Assembly: GCF_026571515.1 (NCBI RefSeq)
Contig: NW_026860239.1
Coordinates: forward strand, 1 to 64,000
Source of the DNA: Ruditapes philippinarum
Lineage: Eukaryota
DNA: 64,000 nt
Direction: 5' to 3'
Below are positions 1-13,740 of the stretch, in pieces; position 1 is the stretch's first letter; each line of letters opens with the position of its first letter. The position numbers and the translations under genes are program-made. The notes beneath the pieces are model-generated. The model searched no databases and was not told the origin of the DNA. It saw only the letters and a list, made by a program, of their open reading frames with translations.

Positions 1-139
1 TTCCGGTCGGTGCGGGCCACTTTCCTTATGATAAATCATGATCATTTGCACTGTACCCTCTGCTATGGCATGTAAAGAAGTTGTAGTTCCTTGTGAAAGT
101 GAAGGCAACAAGAATTGTAAAGGCTGAACTTTGCTCTGG

Positions 140-960
140 TAAATTCAATGTGGCTTATTGCCATGATCCAATGTGAAAACTACCAATACCACCACAACCA
201 CCAGCTGGAACCATAAGCCTGGGTAGCCTGAACTTCAAGTCAGGCCTGTTCAAAACAAACATCAAGTCTGAACTACCAGTCAGTCTTAAATAACCAATCA
301 GGCCAGCCTGAACTAGCAAATTCTGACTACCAGTCAGTCTTAAATAACCAATCAGGTCAGCCAAAACTACCAGCCAGGCCAGTCTGAACTGCCAGTCAGT
401 CCTAAAATAACCAATCAGGTCAGCTGAACTACCAGCTAGGTCAGTCTGAACTGCCAGTCAGTTTTTAACCCAATCAAGTCTAAATTCAATGTGGCTTATT
501 GCCATGATCCAATGTGAAAACTACCAATACCACCACAACCACCAGCTGGAACCATAAGCCTGGCAAAGCTGAACTTCAAGTCATGCCTGTTAAAACAAAC
601 ATCCAGTCTGAACTACCAGTCAGTCTTAAATAACCAATCAGGCCAGCCTGAACTAGCAAATTCTGACTACCAGTCAGTCTTAAATAACCAATCAGGTCAG
701 CCAAAACTACCAGCCAGGCCAGTCTGAACTGCCAGTCAGTCCTAAATAACCAATCAGGTCAGCTGAACTACCAGCTAGGTCAGTCTGAACTGCCAGTCAG
801 TTTTTAACCAATCAAGTCAGCCTGAACTACCAGCTAGGTCGGCCTGAACTACCAGCTAGGTCGGCCTGAGCTACCAGCTAGGTCGGCCTGAACTACCAGC
901 TAGGCCAGTCTGAACTACCAGCTAGGCCAGTCTGAACTACCAGCTAGGCCAGTCTGAACT
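140..960. repeat. ~341-bp direct duplication followed by a 22-bp tandem array (CCTGAACTACCAGCTAGGTCGG-like)
   Basis: TAAATTCAATGTGGCTTATTGCC starts at both 140 and 481. The 22-bp period is visible at 843/865 and continues to ~960. Confidence 0.9.
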
Positions 961-2319
961 AGCAATACAGAGTAAGACTGTACTAGAACTTGTACCATGG
1001 ATCATTCTAGTCACACCCATGCTGTATAAGATCAAATGTACATAATTTAATTCATTGTTTTGCCTCTTTGACTAATAAGCACTAGTGATATATAAAAAGC
1101 GCAGTCAAACCCTGTGATGAGCTTAAAACCTTAATTCCAAACTTAATCGGACACATATCTTAAATCATTAAGCCAAAACTGCTCCTGTGCAGTAAAGGTC
1201 ACACAGTACACTATTTTTTCTGCTATAAGCAGGCATATAGCACAATGACATGACTGGTTATTTCTTAGTCACATGCCCCATTTCGATTGAGCCCACTTAT
1301 GTAAGAACTCAAAACCCTCCTTTAATGTCAGTAAGACCTTCAACCTAGATATGGAAACACTAAGGTTCATCTTCAAGTTGATGAAAAACATTTACATGTT
1401 AAAAATTAAAAACGCTGCCTTTTTTATAGCACAGTTCTCACAGGCTTTAATATCATATTTATGTAAATTAATACACAGTCATGTATTAGTATAGTATAAG
1501 AATCCATATTCCATTAAAGCACCATACATTAAGGGCATAATATAGAAATATCACACAAAAAACTTAATAATATCTAAAATAGAATATAAAATTCCACATC
1601 CGTCTCTCTGACCAAAGAGTTGTTGTTTTTTTCACACCCTAGCCTGCCTATCTGACATATCATCTACTGGATTGCACCAGTTCTATTTCTAGTTTTTGTG
1701 GCTTCTTTACATCTGATAAGCACAGCCTGTTTTTTTTCTGAGAGAAACAATAAATATAACAACAATTATAGTACCTGATACCTATATAATTATACCCCTA
1801 ACAAAATATTAGAAAAATATCTCCTATACTTGTAATCTTATAATTATTATAGAACAGAATATATTATTATTATAAATATAACTCTACTCAATTAATAATA
1901 TATAATTCTACTCATAATAATTAGTCATAAAGCACTTGCCTAAATTATGAAGCAATGAGCTGCAGCTAATGTTTTTGTTTTGTTTGGTTTTACTGTGCAT
2001 CAACACAATTTAAGTAACATGTCACCGTAACAGGAAAGATGATTTTGGCTAACCTCAGGTGTTACAAAGTTAAAGCAACACCAACTCACCTGCTGGAACT
2101 TAGGGATGCATATTGACACCATTTATTCGAACCCATTTAGTCACAGGAATAAACAGAGATGGCAATGATGATACCCCAACCTTTGAAGACAACCCCTCAC
2201 CCACAATGGGAACAGACTTAATATTAATAAGCAATTATATGAGAGCCACCAGTATCAGGGTATTCAACTCTATGCTATCCAAACCTCAAAACGATTCTAT
2301 GGTGAAATCAATGCTTTCT

Positions 2320-3040
2320 TAACATTAAAACCACTTTATGTTGTGATCAAAATTTCTCCATCATTAAAGCCACTCTTTGGTTATATCAATGCTTCCCCTA
2401 ACATTAAAACCACTCTTTGGTTATATCAAATCTTCCCCTACCATTAAAACCACTCTATTGTTATATCAATGCTTCCCCTAACATTAAAACCACTCTTTGG
2501 TTATATAAATGCTTCCCCTAACATTAAAACCACTCTTTGGTTATATCAATGCTTCCCCTAACATTAAAACCACTCTTTGGTTATATCAATGCTTCCCCTA
2601 ACATTAAAACCACTCTTTGGTTATATCAATGCTTCCCTACATTAAAACCTCTCTATGGTTATATCAATGCTTCCCTAACATTAAAACCACTCTTTGGTTA
2701 TATCAATGCTTCCCTAACATTAAAACCTCTATATTGTTATATCAATGCTTCCCTAACATTAAAACCACTCTATTGTTATATCAATGCTTCCCTATACCTG
2801 TAATAACACTCTATTGTTATATCAATGCCTCCCCACTCTATGTTTATAACAATGTTTCCCTACAATAAATCCACTCTATGTTTATATCAATGCTTCCCCT
2901 TACATTAAAACCACTCAAGATGGTTATATCAACACTTCCAACTCTAGGTCTATATCAATGCTTCCCCTACCATTAAAACCACTCAATTGGTTATATCAAT
3001 ACTTCCAATTCTATTGTTATATCAATGCTTCCCTAATATT
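2320..3040. repeat. 39-40-bp minisatellite (ACATTAAAACCACTCTTTGGTTATATCAATGCTTCCCCTA)
   Basis: The unit is directly repeated, e.g. at 2481, 2521 and 2561. The overlapping ORFs are repeat translations. Confidence 0.95.
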
Positions 3041-5493
3041 CAAGCAACTCTATATAGCAATGAAACCTCTTTTATTTATTAAACAACCAACTATATAGAG
3101 CCTGACAGAGCCTGATCTTGTTAGCCAAGTCTATATTGGTGGCATAGACATGCCAGGGTGAAAAAATGTGAAATTTACACAATTACTCAAATAACAAGAT
3201 TTTACATGCACCGGCTGCCTAATTAAAGCCTACATTATCTGTCAAAATAAGCACCCACCAAATGATAAGAGTAAACAGTTAATCAAAATGTATACCTTTA
3301 TTTTCCAAGGAATTTTCTGTCAGATAGTATAACACAGAAGTTAATTAGTTTTCACAATAAATCTCAGAAAAGATAAAGGGGGGTGGGGAAAGAATATTTT
3401 CTGTGAATTGTTTTTTCTTCAGATAGTCAAGATTGAAAAAAAAAATATTTGAAATAATACAAATTTCCTCAACTTCTGTATTGAATTTCAAAAAGGCAAT
3501 TTCAGAATAAATTAAGTTTGTCCGCAAATAGGAACATCTTAAAAATACAAAGGTCAAATTTAACATAAAATACTATTCGGATTTCATTCATATCTGAATA
3601 AGATACATAGTTTAAAAATATGTATGGATTTCAGTAATGCAAAAAAGAAGTAACTTAAAACTTAGCATGTAACCTAATTAATTTCTTAAACAGCCTTGTC
3701 CATTTTTGGAGTTGTCCAAAGCCAGTGCATTTCTGCTGCGAATAAGAATCTGTGCAATACACGCTTTCCATGCTGTCAAGTTTTTCATTTTCAATTTAAA
3801 CCTCCATAGGTCTCATGAACAATAAACAAAATTTCTAAAATATTTTTTTTTTTCATTTTGTAAGGGAATTTTTTGTTGGGTTAAATTGGACACATGAACT
3901 CTGAAGCATGTGACACAAAAAATGATGTCACAGTTGGAAACATCTACTTCAGTGACATTAATGTACTAAAATTAGATATAACATGAACTGTTGAAAGAAG
4001 TCAACATTGCAGGCATATTAAGAAAATATTCAAAATAAGTCAATTACTTCAAAAGTTCATTAATAGGATTCATAATTTCTTTAAGGGATAGATATGAATA
4101 ATCAATTCAAGAATATTAAGATGGGGCGTAACAGACTCGTGCATGTCCAGCATACTATCCCTGGTTTCTTTTTTCCTTATTCCTATTCCACATGGACACC
4201 TGTTTTAACACATAAAATTATGTGACCAGTAGAAATCCATGATCAGCCTGCACATCCATGGAGTCCGATCAGGAGTCAGAAATTCTTCTACGACTATAAA
4301 AGCAAACATTGGATCTGCCGGCTGCTAATTGGATCAGCACTGGTCGTTTACGAGATTAAACATATATCCATGTGGAAAAGGGTTAAACCATTGAAAGCTT
4401 ATAGGCAGCAAAAATGAAATGTTAATTTTTAACAGTTACACAATCATAACTGTATACATGTATTAATCGGGTCGGGCTCGGACCGGACGGCCCTCAATAC
4501 TGTTGATTGCTCAATCTTAGTGTTTAATTTATATTTAAATCCATTAAATTAATGAAAATTATGATTATTTTCAAATGCAACACTGGTAAATTTTATAAAA
4601 AACTTTTTCAAAGACTGATTTACAGTTACAAATTAACTTGAATAGCCAACCTTTAAAATTATAATATATTTCACTGAAATCTTAGTGACATTCAAAATTC
4701 TGCATTTTGAAATGTTTTTGCTAAATATCAAATCTGATTTTTTTGTCACAACTAATGGGTTTGTACTTTTAATGTTTGTCAATAATTTCAAGAGCTATAT
4801 TTACAACTAAAATTTTGTGGTTTTCCTAAAAATTTTAATATTAAAAATAATGAGTAATATGATATATATACCTGTGTCATAACAAATTTATAGATTAAAT
4901 ATTAAAATATACCTTTAATATTACACCTTTATCTTTTATCTTTCTTTCAATAAAAATATCCCATACATATTAATCATGAAAACATAAACAATCTCCAAAA
5001 GGGGAAGAAAAAGTCTTTTTATTCGTGAAATATCACTTCATATTCCTAAAATCCATGTTATATCTCGAACAACGATCTTGATAGGCGGCCTTCACAACTC
5101 AAGTGTCTATAGTCATTGAGAAATAATAATAATAGCCACTATAAATTTGCATCCTTAATCGTTCGTTTATACCGTTATTAGTCACTGCAATAAAAGTCAC
5201 GATGCGACCTCAACATAATTACACCTCATTGTCAATACTCCGAAACAATGAAAATTAGAAAATGTAGTATAAATTGTTACGTTAATTCTAAATAATACAC
5301 CTATATTAGGAGTAAAATGTTTTAAATCTCGTTAACACTATAGTTTACATTAAATACTTTCATTCAAACACGCAAGGTACATTAATAGCAACTATTGCGG
5401 CTTTTTACAGTAATGGGTTCTCGATAATCAATTTTAAATTTTCAAGGTACACAATACAAAAAAATACTGCGTTTACTTTTCCAACACAAAATG

Positions 5494-5570
5494 TGTAAAC
5501 AAGTCTATAACATGTAAACAAAGGTCTTAGCGTGTAAACAAAAGTCTTAGCGTGTAAACAAAAGTCTTAA
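5494..5570. repeat. Short 19-20-bp tandem repeat, each unit carrying TGTAAACA
   Basis: TGTAAACA occurs at 5494, 5513, 5533 and 5553. Confidence 0.85.
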
Positions 5571-7029
5571 AAATAATAATATTACAATTAAATATATAAA
5601 TAAAAACCATTACCCCGAGCCATTTATAAAGAACAAACATACAAATATCATCATCCGTAATCCAATGTTTATTTAATTCTCCGACTCAAAATAAGAATAA
5701 AATTGCGAGATTTAATATTACACCACCTACACTATATTATTAAAATATACACCACCGAGAGGGGGAAAAAAAGAGCACAAACTCCAAACAAGCTTTTAAT
5801 CATAATATTAAATACCTGTGTGCGTCTATAAATAGAACATCAGTAGATTTTAACTATTATCGTTTCAAGTGGAGTCACAGTATCATATCATAAGATACAT
5901 TCTCAAAATTCCGATCATTAGTGACATAGTACCTATAAAACAACCTCAATCTGTAGTACCAGGCTATCTCGAAAAAAAAGTCTTTATCATATTAATTCTC
6001 ACAGGAATATGAAAGCTACATTATCCACAGCTTTAAGTTATAAAATTTAAAAAAGAAAAGAAAAAGAGATTTATAAAACTAAAAAAGAAAAAAGAAAGAG
6101 ATTTAAATAAACTTGTTACCTTTAAATCTAACAAGTTCATTATTATTTCATTAAAAAGAAATTTTTTAGAATTTATAAAAAAAAATTGATTTACAGATAA
6201 AATACAGTATAACCTTTGTAAAATCTCCAGATATTCAATTTTTTAATTGGATTTTTAGTCGCACATTTAAGTCACGCCCACACTATTAATGTCCCTCCCA
6301 CATTTTTAAAGGTCAGGCTGACACTGTAAAATGTCATATATAGCAACTTTCTAGATTTTACTGGTGTTGAAAAAAGTTTATACACATGAACCTGAGAAGA
6401 ACAACCAACAAGACCTTCTGTTACCCCGATAACTTTTAATCTTTGTTCTTCAGCAATTTTAAAGTAACATAAATCATTCAGCTAAAAAGAAAAAGCTATG
6501 GAACCTGGCCACATTGCAAGGATGTGCAGGTTGGTCGGTCTCTATAGTGGTGACAATAACTAAATCACTTTACAAGTGTTAATGACTACAGTCCCAGCAA
6601 TATATTTACCAATATAAACCGTTTTATATATATAAGGTCTATAATCATTTTTATACATAAAAGGTCTACCGATCAAACAGAGTTAAATATGGGCTTCTGA
6701 AAATTTTGAACAAATCAAATGCCACAGCTTACTGCAAATTGAAGTACTAGGGTTAGTTAATCTTGTTTTTGTTTTTTTTAATACATATATGAGAAATAAG
6801 CTTTAAATGAAGATATAAAAAAGAGACGTTTTTATCAGTAGGAATAGATGGTAAGTCCTACAGTAGAAATATCCAAGCAGCAATTATAATATCAAAGAGT
6901 GGGATACAAGGAGTATCAAGTTAACACAATTATCAGCAACTGTTTACATCAGTCTGCATTCTCTCTCTTTGTTTCTTTTTCTCATTTTATTTTCTATAAC
7001 AGCACATCAGATGACAGCTGGGATGATGG

Positions 7030-7560
7030 GGGGTTTTAGTATAAGTGTAGGCTGGTGGGGGAGTTGTATGTATCTAGGGTGGTGGGGGTGTTGTGTAAGT
7101 GTAGGCTTGTGGGGGAGTTGTGTAAGTGTAGGGTGGTGGGGGTGTTGAGTAAGTGTAGGGTAGTAGGGGATTATTCCGTGTAAGTGTAGGGTGGTAGGGG
7201 TATTGTGTAAGTGTATGCTGGTGGGGGAGTTGTGTTAGTTTGTAGGCTGGCAGGGGTGTTGTGTAAGTGTTGGCTGGAGGAGGAGTTGTGATAGTGTAGG
7301 GTTGTGGGGAATTGCATGTGTAGAGTTTTAGGGAGTTGTATAAGTGTATGGTTGTGTGGAGTTGTGTAAGTGTAGGGTTGTGGGGTGTTGTGCAAGTGTA
7401 GGGTTGTGGGGTGTTGTTTAAGTATAGGGTTGTGGGGAGTTGTGTAAGTGTGTAGGGTGATGGGGTGTTGTGTAAGTATAGGGCTGTGTGGTGTTGTGTA
7501 AGTATAGGGTTGTGGGATGTTGTTTAAATGTAGGGTTGTGGGGTGTATATGTATATGGTG
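7030..7560. repeat. G/T-rich ~26-27-bp minisatellite (GTGTAAGTGTAGGGTTGTGGGGTGTT-like)
   Basis: Degenerate tandem units with GGG/GGGG runs. Confidence 0.9.
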
Positions 7561-8394
7561 TTTGAGTATTGTTTATGTGTAGAGTGATCTTCATATATAA
7601 CTGTTAAGCCTGCATGGAGACTTTCAACATAAAGGCCCCTCCACACCCACTCCTTTGGAAAATGTTTTATCCCCAGGCATTATTACAGAATATACAAGAA
7701 ATATGGTACCAGACAGTGATTGACTATTATAATCGTTATAATTGAACAATAAAATCACTTTTAAGGTTATATTATATCTATGATACAGACTTGAATTGGA
7801 TACTGAATGTTTGACATAAACTGCCAATGAAATTTCTGTTCCTAATATGTCAAAAAAGAACTGCCAAGCTTAAAGTTCATAATAACACAGTACTGCGTAG
7901 ATATAGGGAAGTATTTTACAATAATTTGTCCGATTTTAAGGTCACTAACAATTCAATTTTATAAACTAAATATATACAGATCACTATCAAAATTTCACCA
8001 TAATCTAACTGTAGAGCATATTTCCTGGTCGTACTAACAGTTTCAATAAATTTGATTATACAGTTTCAATTTTATGTCTACATGTAACTGTACCATTAAC
8101 CTTTTAACACATAAAATATGGCTTCACCAAATTATCATCATCATTATTGGATATAAAAAAAACACCACTAACATTTAAAAAAAAACCCAGAAAACAACAA
8201 CACAGAAACAATAACAACGGCAGCAGATACAGTACTATCATATTCACAAGACTGTTATACCATCATCATTATGACTCATCATAAAAAATTACGTCCTCTT
8301 TATTATTAACAACCAATAAAATTATCATAATCCTTCAGTCATACACCTTGTTTATCAGGATTTCATGTTGCATTGAAAATAAAACACATAAGCA

Positions 8395-8977
8395 TAACTA
8401 ACAACTACACAAACAGTACTGTCAGCAAAAAGTGCAGCTATCAACACCAACACCTTCATAAAAACATTACAAACAGTACTGTCAGCAACAAAACAAACAG
8501 TTGTACTGTCAGCAACAACACAAACATTACTGTCAGCAACAACACAAGCATTACTGTCAGCAACAACACTAACAGTAATATCAGCAACAACACTAACAGT
8601 ACTGTAAGCAACAACACAAGCATTACTGCCAGCAACAACACAAACAGTACTGTCAGCAACAATACAAACAGTACTGTTGGCAACAACATAATTAGTACTA
8701 TCAGCAACAACACAAACAGTACTGTCAGCAACAACACAAACATTACTGTCAGCAACAACACAAACATTACTGTCAGCAACAACACAAACATTACTGTCAG
8801 CAACAACACAAACAGTACTTTTGGCAACATTACAAACAGTACTGCCAACAACAATACAAACATAACTGTCAGCAACAACATAAACAGTACTGTCAGCAAC
8901 GACACAAACATTACTGTCGACAACAACACAAAGAGAATTGTTGGCAACAACAAAAACAGTACTGTCAGCAACAACAC
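8395..8977. repeat. 24-bp minisatellite (AACAACACAAACAGTACTGTCAGC)
   Basis: 24-bp period. It generates repetitive ORFs on both strands. Confidence 0.95.
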
Positions 8978-11070
8978 CATGAAACAATGAACAGGATGAC
9001 CATGAGGCAGGGACAGAATTACCATTAGACAGTGGACAGAATTACTTAGAGATAGGAACAGGATTACCATGAGACAGTGGACAGGATTATCAAGAGACAG
9101 GGACAGGATTACCATGAGACAGGGACAGGATTACCATGAGATAGGGACAGGATTACCATGAGACAGGGACAGGATTATCATGAGACAGGGGACAGGATTA
9201 TCAAGAGACAGGGACAGGATTACCATGAGACAGGGACAGGATTACCATGAGATAGGGACAGGATTACCATGAGATAGGGACAGGATTACCATGAGACAGG
9301 GACAGGATTACCATGAGACAGTGGACAGGATTATCATGTGCAAGGGACACCATAAGACAGGGGACAGGATTACCATGAGGCAGAAACAGGATTACCATGA
9401 GATAGGGACAGGATTACCATGAGACAGGGACAGGACTACCATGAGATAGGGACAGGATTACCATGAGACAGGGACAGGACTACCATGAGATAGGGACAGG
9501 ATTACCATGAGACAGGGACAGGATTACCATGAGACAGTGGACAGGATTATCATGTGCAAGGGACACCATAAGACAGGGGACAGGAATACCATGAGACAGG
9601 GGACAGGATTACCATGAGAAAGAAACAGGATTACCATGAGATAGGGACAGAATTACCATGAGACAGGGACAGGATTACCATGAGATAGGGACAGGATTAC
9701 CATGAGATAGGGACAGGATTACCATGAGACAGTGGACAGGATTATCATGTGCAAGGGACACCATGAGACAGGGGACAAGAATACCATGAGACAGGGGACA
9801 GGAATACCATGAGGCAGGAACAGAATAACCATGAGACAGGGGACAGAATGAACATGGGACAGGGAACATGATAACCATGAGACAGGGGACAGGATTACTT
9901 TGAGACAGGAGACAGAATTACCATGAAACAGGGACAGGGTTACCATGAGACAGGGACATAATTATCATGAGACAGGGACAGAATTACCATGAGACAGGGG
10001 ACAGAATTACCATAAGACAGGAGACAGAATTACCATGAGACAGGGACAGGATTACCATGAAACAGGGACAGGGTTACCATGAGACAGGGGACAGGATTAC
10101 AATGAGACAGTGGACAGGATTACCATGAGACATGGGACAGAATTACCATGAAACAGGAACAGGATTACCATGGGACAGGGACAGAATTACCATGAGACAG
10201 GGACAGAATTACCATGAGACAGGAAAAGGATTACCATGTGACAGGGACAGAATTACCATGAGACAGGGACAGGATTACCATGAGACAGGGACAGGATTAC
10301 CATGAGACAGTGACAGGATTACCATGAGACAGTGGACAGGATTACCATGAGACAGGGATAGTATTACCATGAGACAGGAACAGAATTACCATAAAGCAGA
10401 CAGTATAACCATGGGACAGGGACATAATTACCATGAGACAGGGACAGGATTTACCTTAAGACAGGGACATAATTATCATGAGACAGGGACAGGATTACCA
10501 TGAGACAGGGGACAGGATTACCATGAGACACGGACAGAATTACCATGAGACAGACAGTATAACCATGAGACAGGGACAGGATTACCATGAGACAGGGATA
10601 GTATTACCATGAGACAGGGACAGAATTACCATGAGACAGACAGTATAACCATGGGACAGGGACATAATTATCATGAGACAGGGACAGGATTACCATGAGA
10701 CAGGGGACAGGATTACCATGAGACAAGGACAGGATTACCATGAGACAGTGACAGGATTTACCTTAAGACAGGGACATAATTACCATGAGACACGGACAGG
10801 ATTATCATGAGACAGGGGACAGGATTACCATGAGACAGGGGACAGAATTACCATGAGACAGTGACAGGATTACCATGAGACAGTGACAGGATTTACCTTA
10901 AGACAGGGACATAATTATCATGAGACAGGGACAGAATTACCATGAGACAGGGGATAGGATTATCATGAGTCAGGGACAGGATTACCATAAGACAGGGGAC
11001 AGGATTATCAAGAGACAGGGATAGGGTTACCAGGAGACAGGAACAGGGTTACAATGAGACAGGGATATAG
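8978..11070. repeat. 22-23-bp minisatellite (CCATGAGACAGGGACAGGATTA), ~2.1 kb
   Basis: The unit is repeated continuously and directly abuts the 24-bp array. Confidence 0.97.
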
Positions 11071-11769
11071 TTTTTACAATAAAACAGGCAATTTACTATT
11101 GGACAGAGTTAAGTTATTTTAGTAACAGGGATAGGGATTTTTACCATCCCATTGGGATTTTACTATCATATTGAGTCTTTTTCCATCAAACATGGACAAT
11201 GTTCTTTTTTACCACCACACAAGGATTTTACCATGCATTTTCTGCTTTCAAAGTTCCCATTATTCTATGAGCTGTTACAAATGACATGTGCAGCATCAAT
11301 ACTTAAACCTTATTGCAGAATATGAGATTATGTACTCTTAAATTCCTTTACATTAGTTGCATTCACCTTGAAATATTTAATTTCTGTGACAACATTATAT
11401 AACCTTGGAAGGCATTTAGTTCATATTGTATGATGAAATAATTCAAATTAAACTAATTTCTACATGCTTTATCATGTAATAAAGGCAAAGTTGAAGTTAC
11501 AGAACAATAAATGTGAACATATGATTTTACTACACAAGAAAACCTAACAAATCTGTAGTATACCGCCTCAGCTTCTCATAATATTCTTGAGAAATGTACA
11601 ATTCTTATTACTATTTTCTTTACATCTTTCTATAATTTATGTTGGTCAACTGAAAAGGACTCTTTCCCCTCCAGTAATTATATGCTCTTTCCAATTATTT
11701 GTTCATATGAAGCCTGTTTCATCATTCATGCAATAAAAAGTTGTAAATATCACTGAAATATCCTTCATA

Positions 11770-13740
11770 TCACTCATTGTATGTCAGTCAAAGTATGTCA
11801 CTCATTGTACCTCAATCATATCATTTCACTCATTGTACATGAATTATAGTACAATGTATATCACTAATTGTACATGACTCATAGTATATCACTTATTGTA
11901 CATGTACATGAGTCTTGACTCATAGTCTATCACTCACTGTACATGACTCATAGTCTATCACTCACTGTACATGTACATGAGTCATGACTCATAGTATATC
12001 ACTTATTGTACATGTACATGAGTCATGACTCATAGTATATCACTTATTGTACATGTACATGAGTCATGACTCATAGTATATCACTTACTGTACATGACTC
12101 ATAGTATATCACTCACTGTACATGACTCATAGTATATCACTCATTGTACATGTACATGAGTCATGACTCATAGTATATCACTTATTATACATGACTCATA
12201 GTGTATCACTCATTGTACATGACTCATAGTAAATCACTCATTGTACATGACTCACAGAGTATCACTTCTTGTACATGACTCATAGTATATCACTCACTGT
12301 ACATGACTCAAAGTATATCACTCACTGTACATGACTCATAGTATATCACTCATTGTACATGACTCATAGCATATCACTCACTGTACATGACTCAAAGTAT
12401 ATCACTTATTGTACATGACTCATAGTCATAATATCACTCATTGTACATGACTCATAGAATATCACTCACTGTACATGACTCAAAGTATATCACTAATTGT
12501 ACATGACTCATGACTAATAGAATATCACTCATTGTACATGACTCATAGTGTATCACTCATTGTACATGACTCATAGTGTATCACTCATTCTACATGACTC
12601 ATAGTATATCACTTATTGTACATGACTCATGACTCATAGATATATCACTCATTGTACATGACTCATAGTGTATCACTCATTGTACATGACTCATAGTGTA
12701 TCACTCATTGTACATGACTCTATAGTATATATCCCATTGTACATGACTCATAGTATATCACTCATTGTACATGACTCATAGTATATCACTCAGTGTACAT
12801 GACTCATTGTATATCACCCATTGTACATGACTCATAGTGTATCACTCATTGTACATGACTCATAGTATATCACTCATTGTACATGACTCATAGTATATCA
12901 CTCATTGTACATGACTCATAGTATATCACTCAGTGTACATGACTCATTGTATATCACCCATTGTACATGACTCATAGTATATCACTCATTGTACATGACT
13001 CATAGTATATCACTCATTGTACATGACTCATAGTATATCACTCATTGTACATGACTCATAGTGTATTACTCATTGTACATGACTCCTAGTTTATCACTCA
13101 TTGTACATGTACATGAGTCATGACTCATGGTATATCACTTATTGTACATGACTCATAGTGTATCACTCATTGTACATGACTCATAGTATATCACTCACTG
13201 TACATGACTCATAGTATATCACTCATTGTACATGACTCCTAGTTTATCACTCATTGTACATGACTCCTAGTATATCACTCATTGTACATGACTCATAGTT
13301 TATCACTCATTGTACATGACTCCTAGTTTATCACTCATTGTACATGACTCCTAGTTTATCACTCATTGTACATGACTCCTAGTTTATCACTCATTGTACA
13401 TGCCTCCTAGTTTATCACTCATTGTACATGACTCCTAGTTTATCACTCATTGTACATGACTCATAGTTTATCACTCATTGTACATGACTCATAGTTTATC
13501 ACTCATTGTACATGACTCCTAGTTTATCACTCATTGTACATGACTCATAGTATATCACTCATTGTACATGACTCATAGTTTATCACTCATTGTACATGAC
13601 TCCTAGTTTATCACTCATTGTACATGCCTCCTAGTTTATCACACATTGTACATGACTCATTGTTTATCACTCATTGTACATGACTCATGGTATATCACTT
13701 ATTGTACATGACTCATAGTGTATCACTGATTGTACATGAC
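11770..13740. repeat. 28-bp minisatellite (TATCACTCATTGTACATGACTCATAGTA), ~2 kb
   Basis: 28-bp period. Variant units carry the palindromic insert ATGAGTCATGACTCAT, and many later units read TGACTCC. Confidence 0.97.

Noticed and set aside
143-154. 12-bp match ATTCAATGTGGC to the long-TIR element end
   Set aside because: The match does not extend and is compatible with chance.
8355-9115. 200-aa ORFs resembling a mucin-like N-glycosylated protein (NNTNSTVS) or hydrophobic repeats
   Set aside because: These are translations of a 24-bp minisatellite that is open in several frames on both strands, with no unique coding flanks.
8978-13740. CRISPR-like appearance of regular 22-28-bp repeats
   Set aside because: There are no unique spacers and no cas genes, and the context is eukaryotic.
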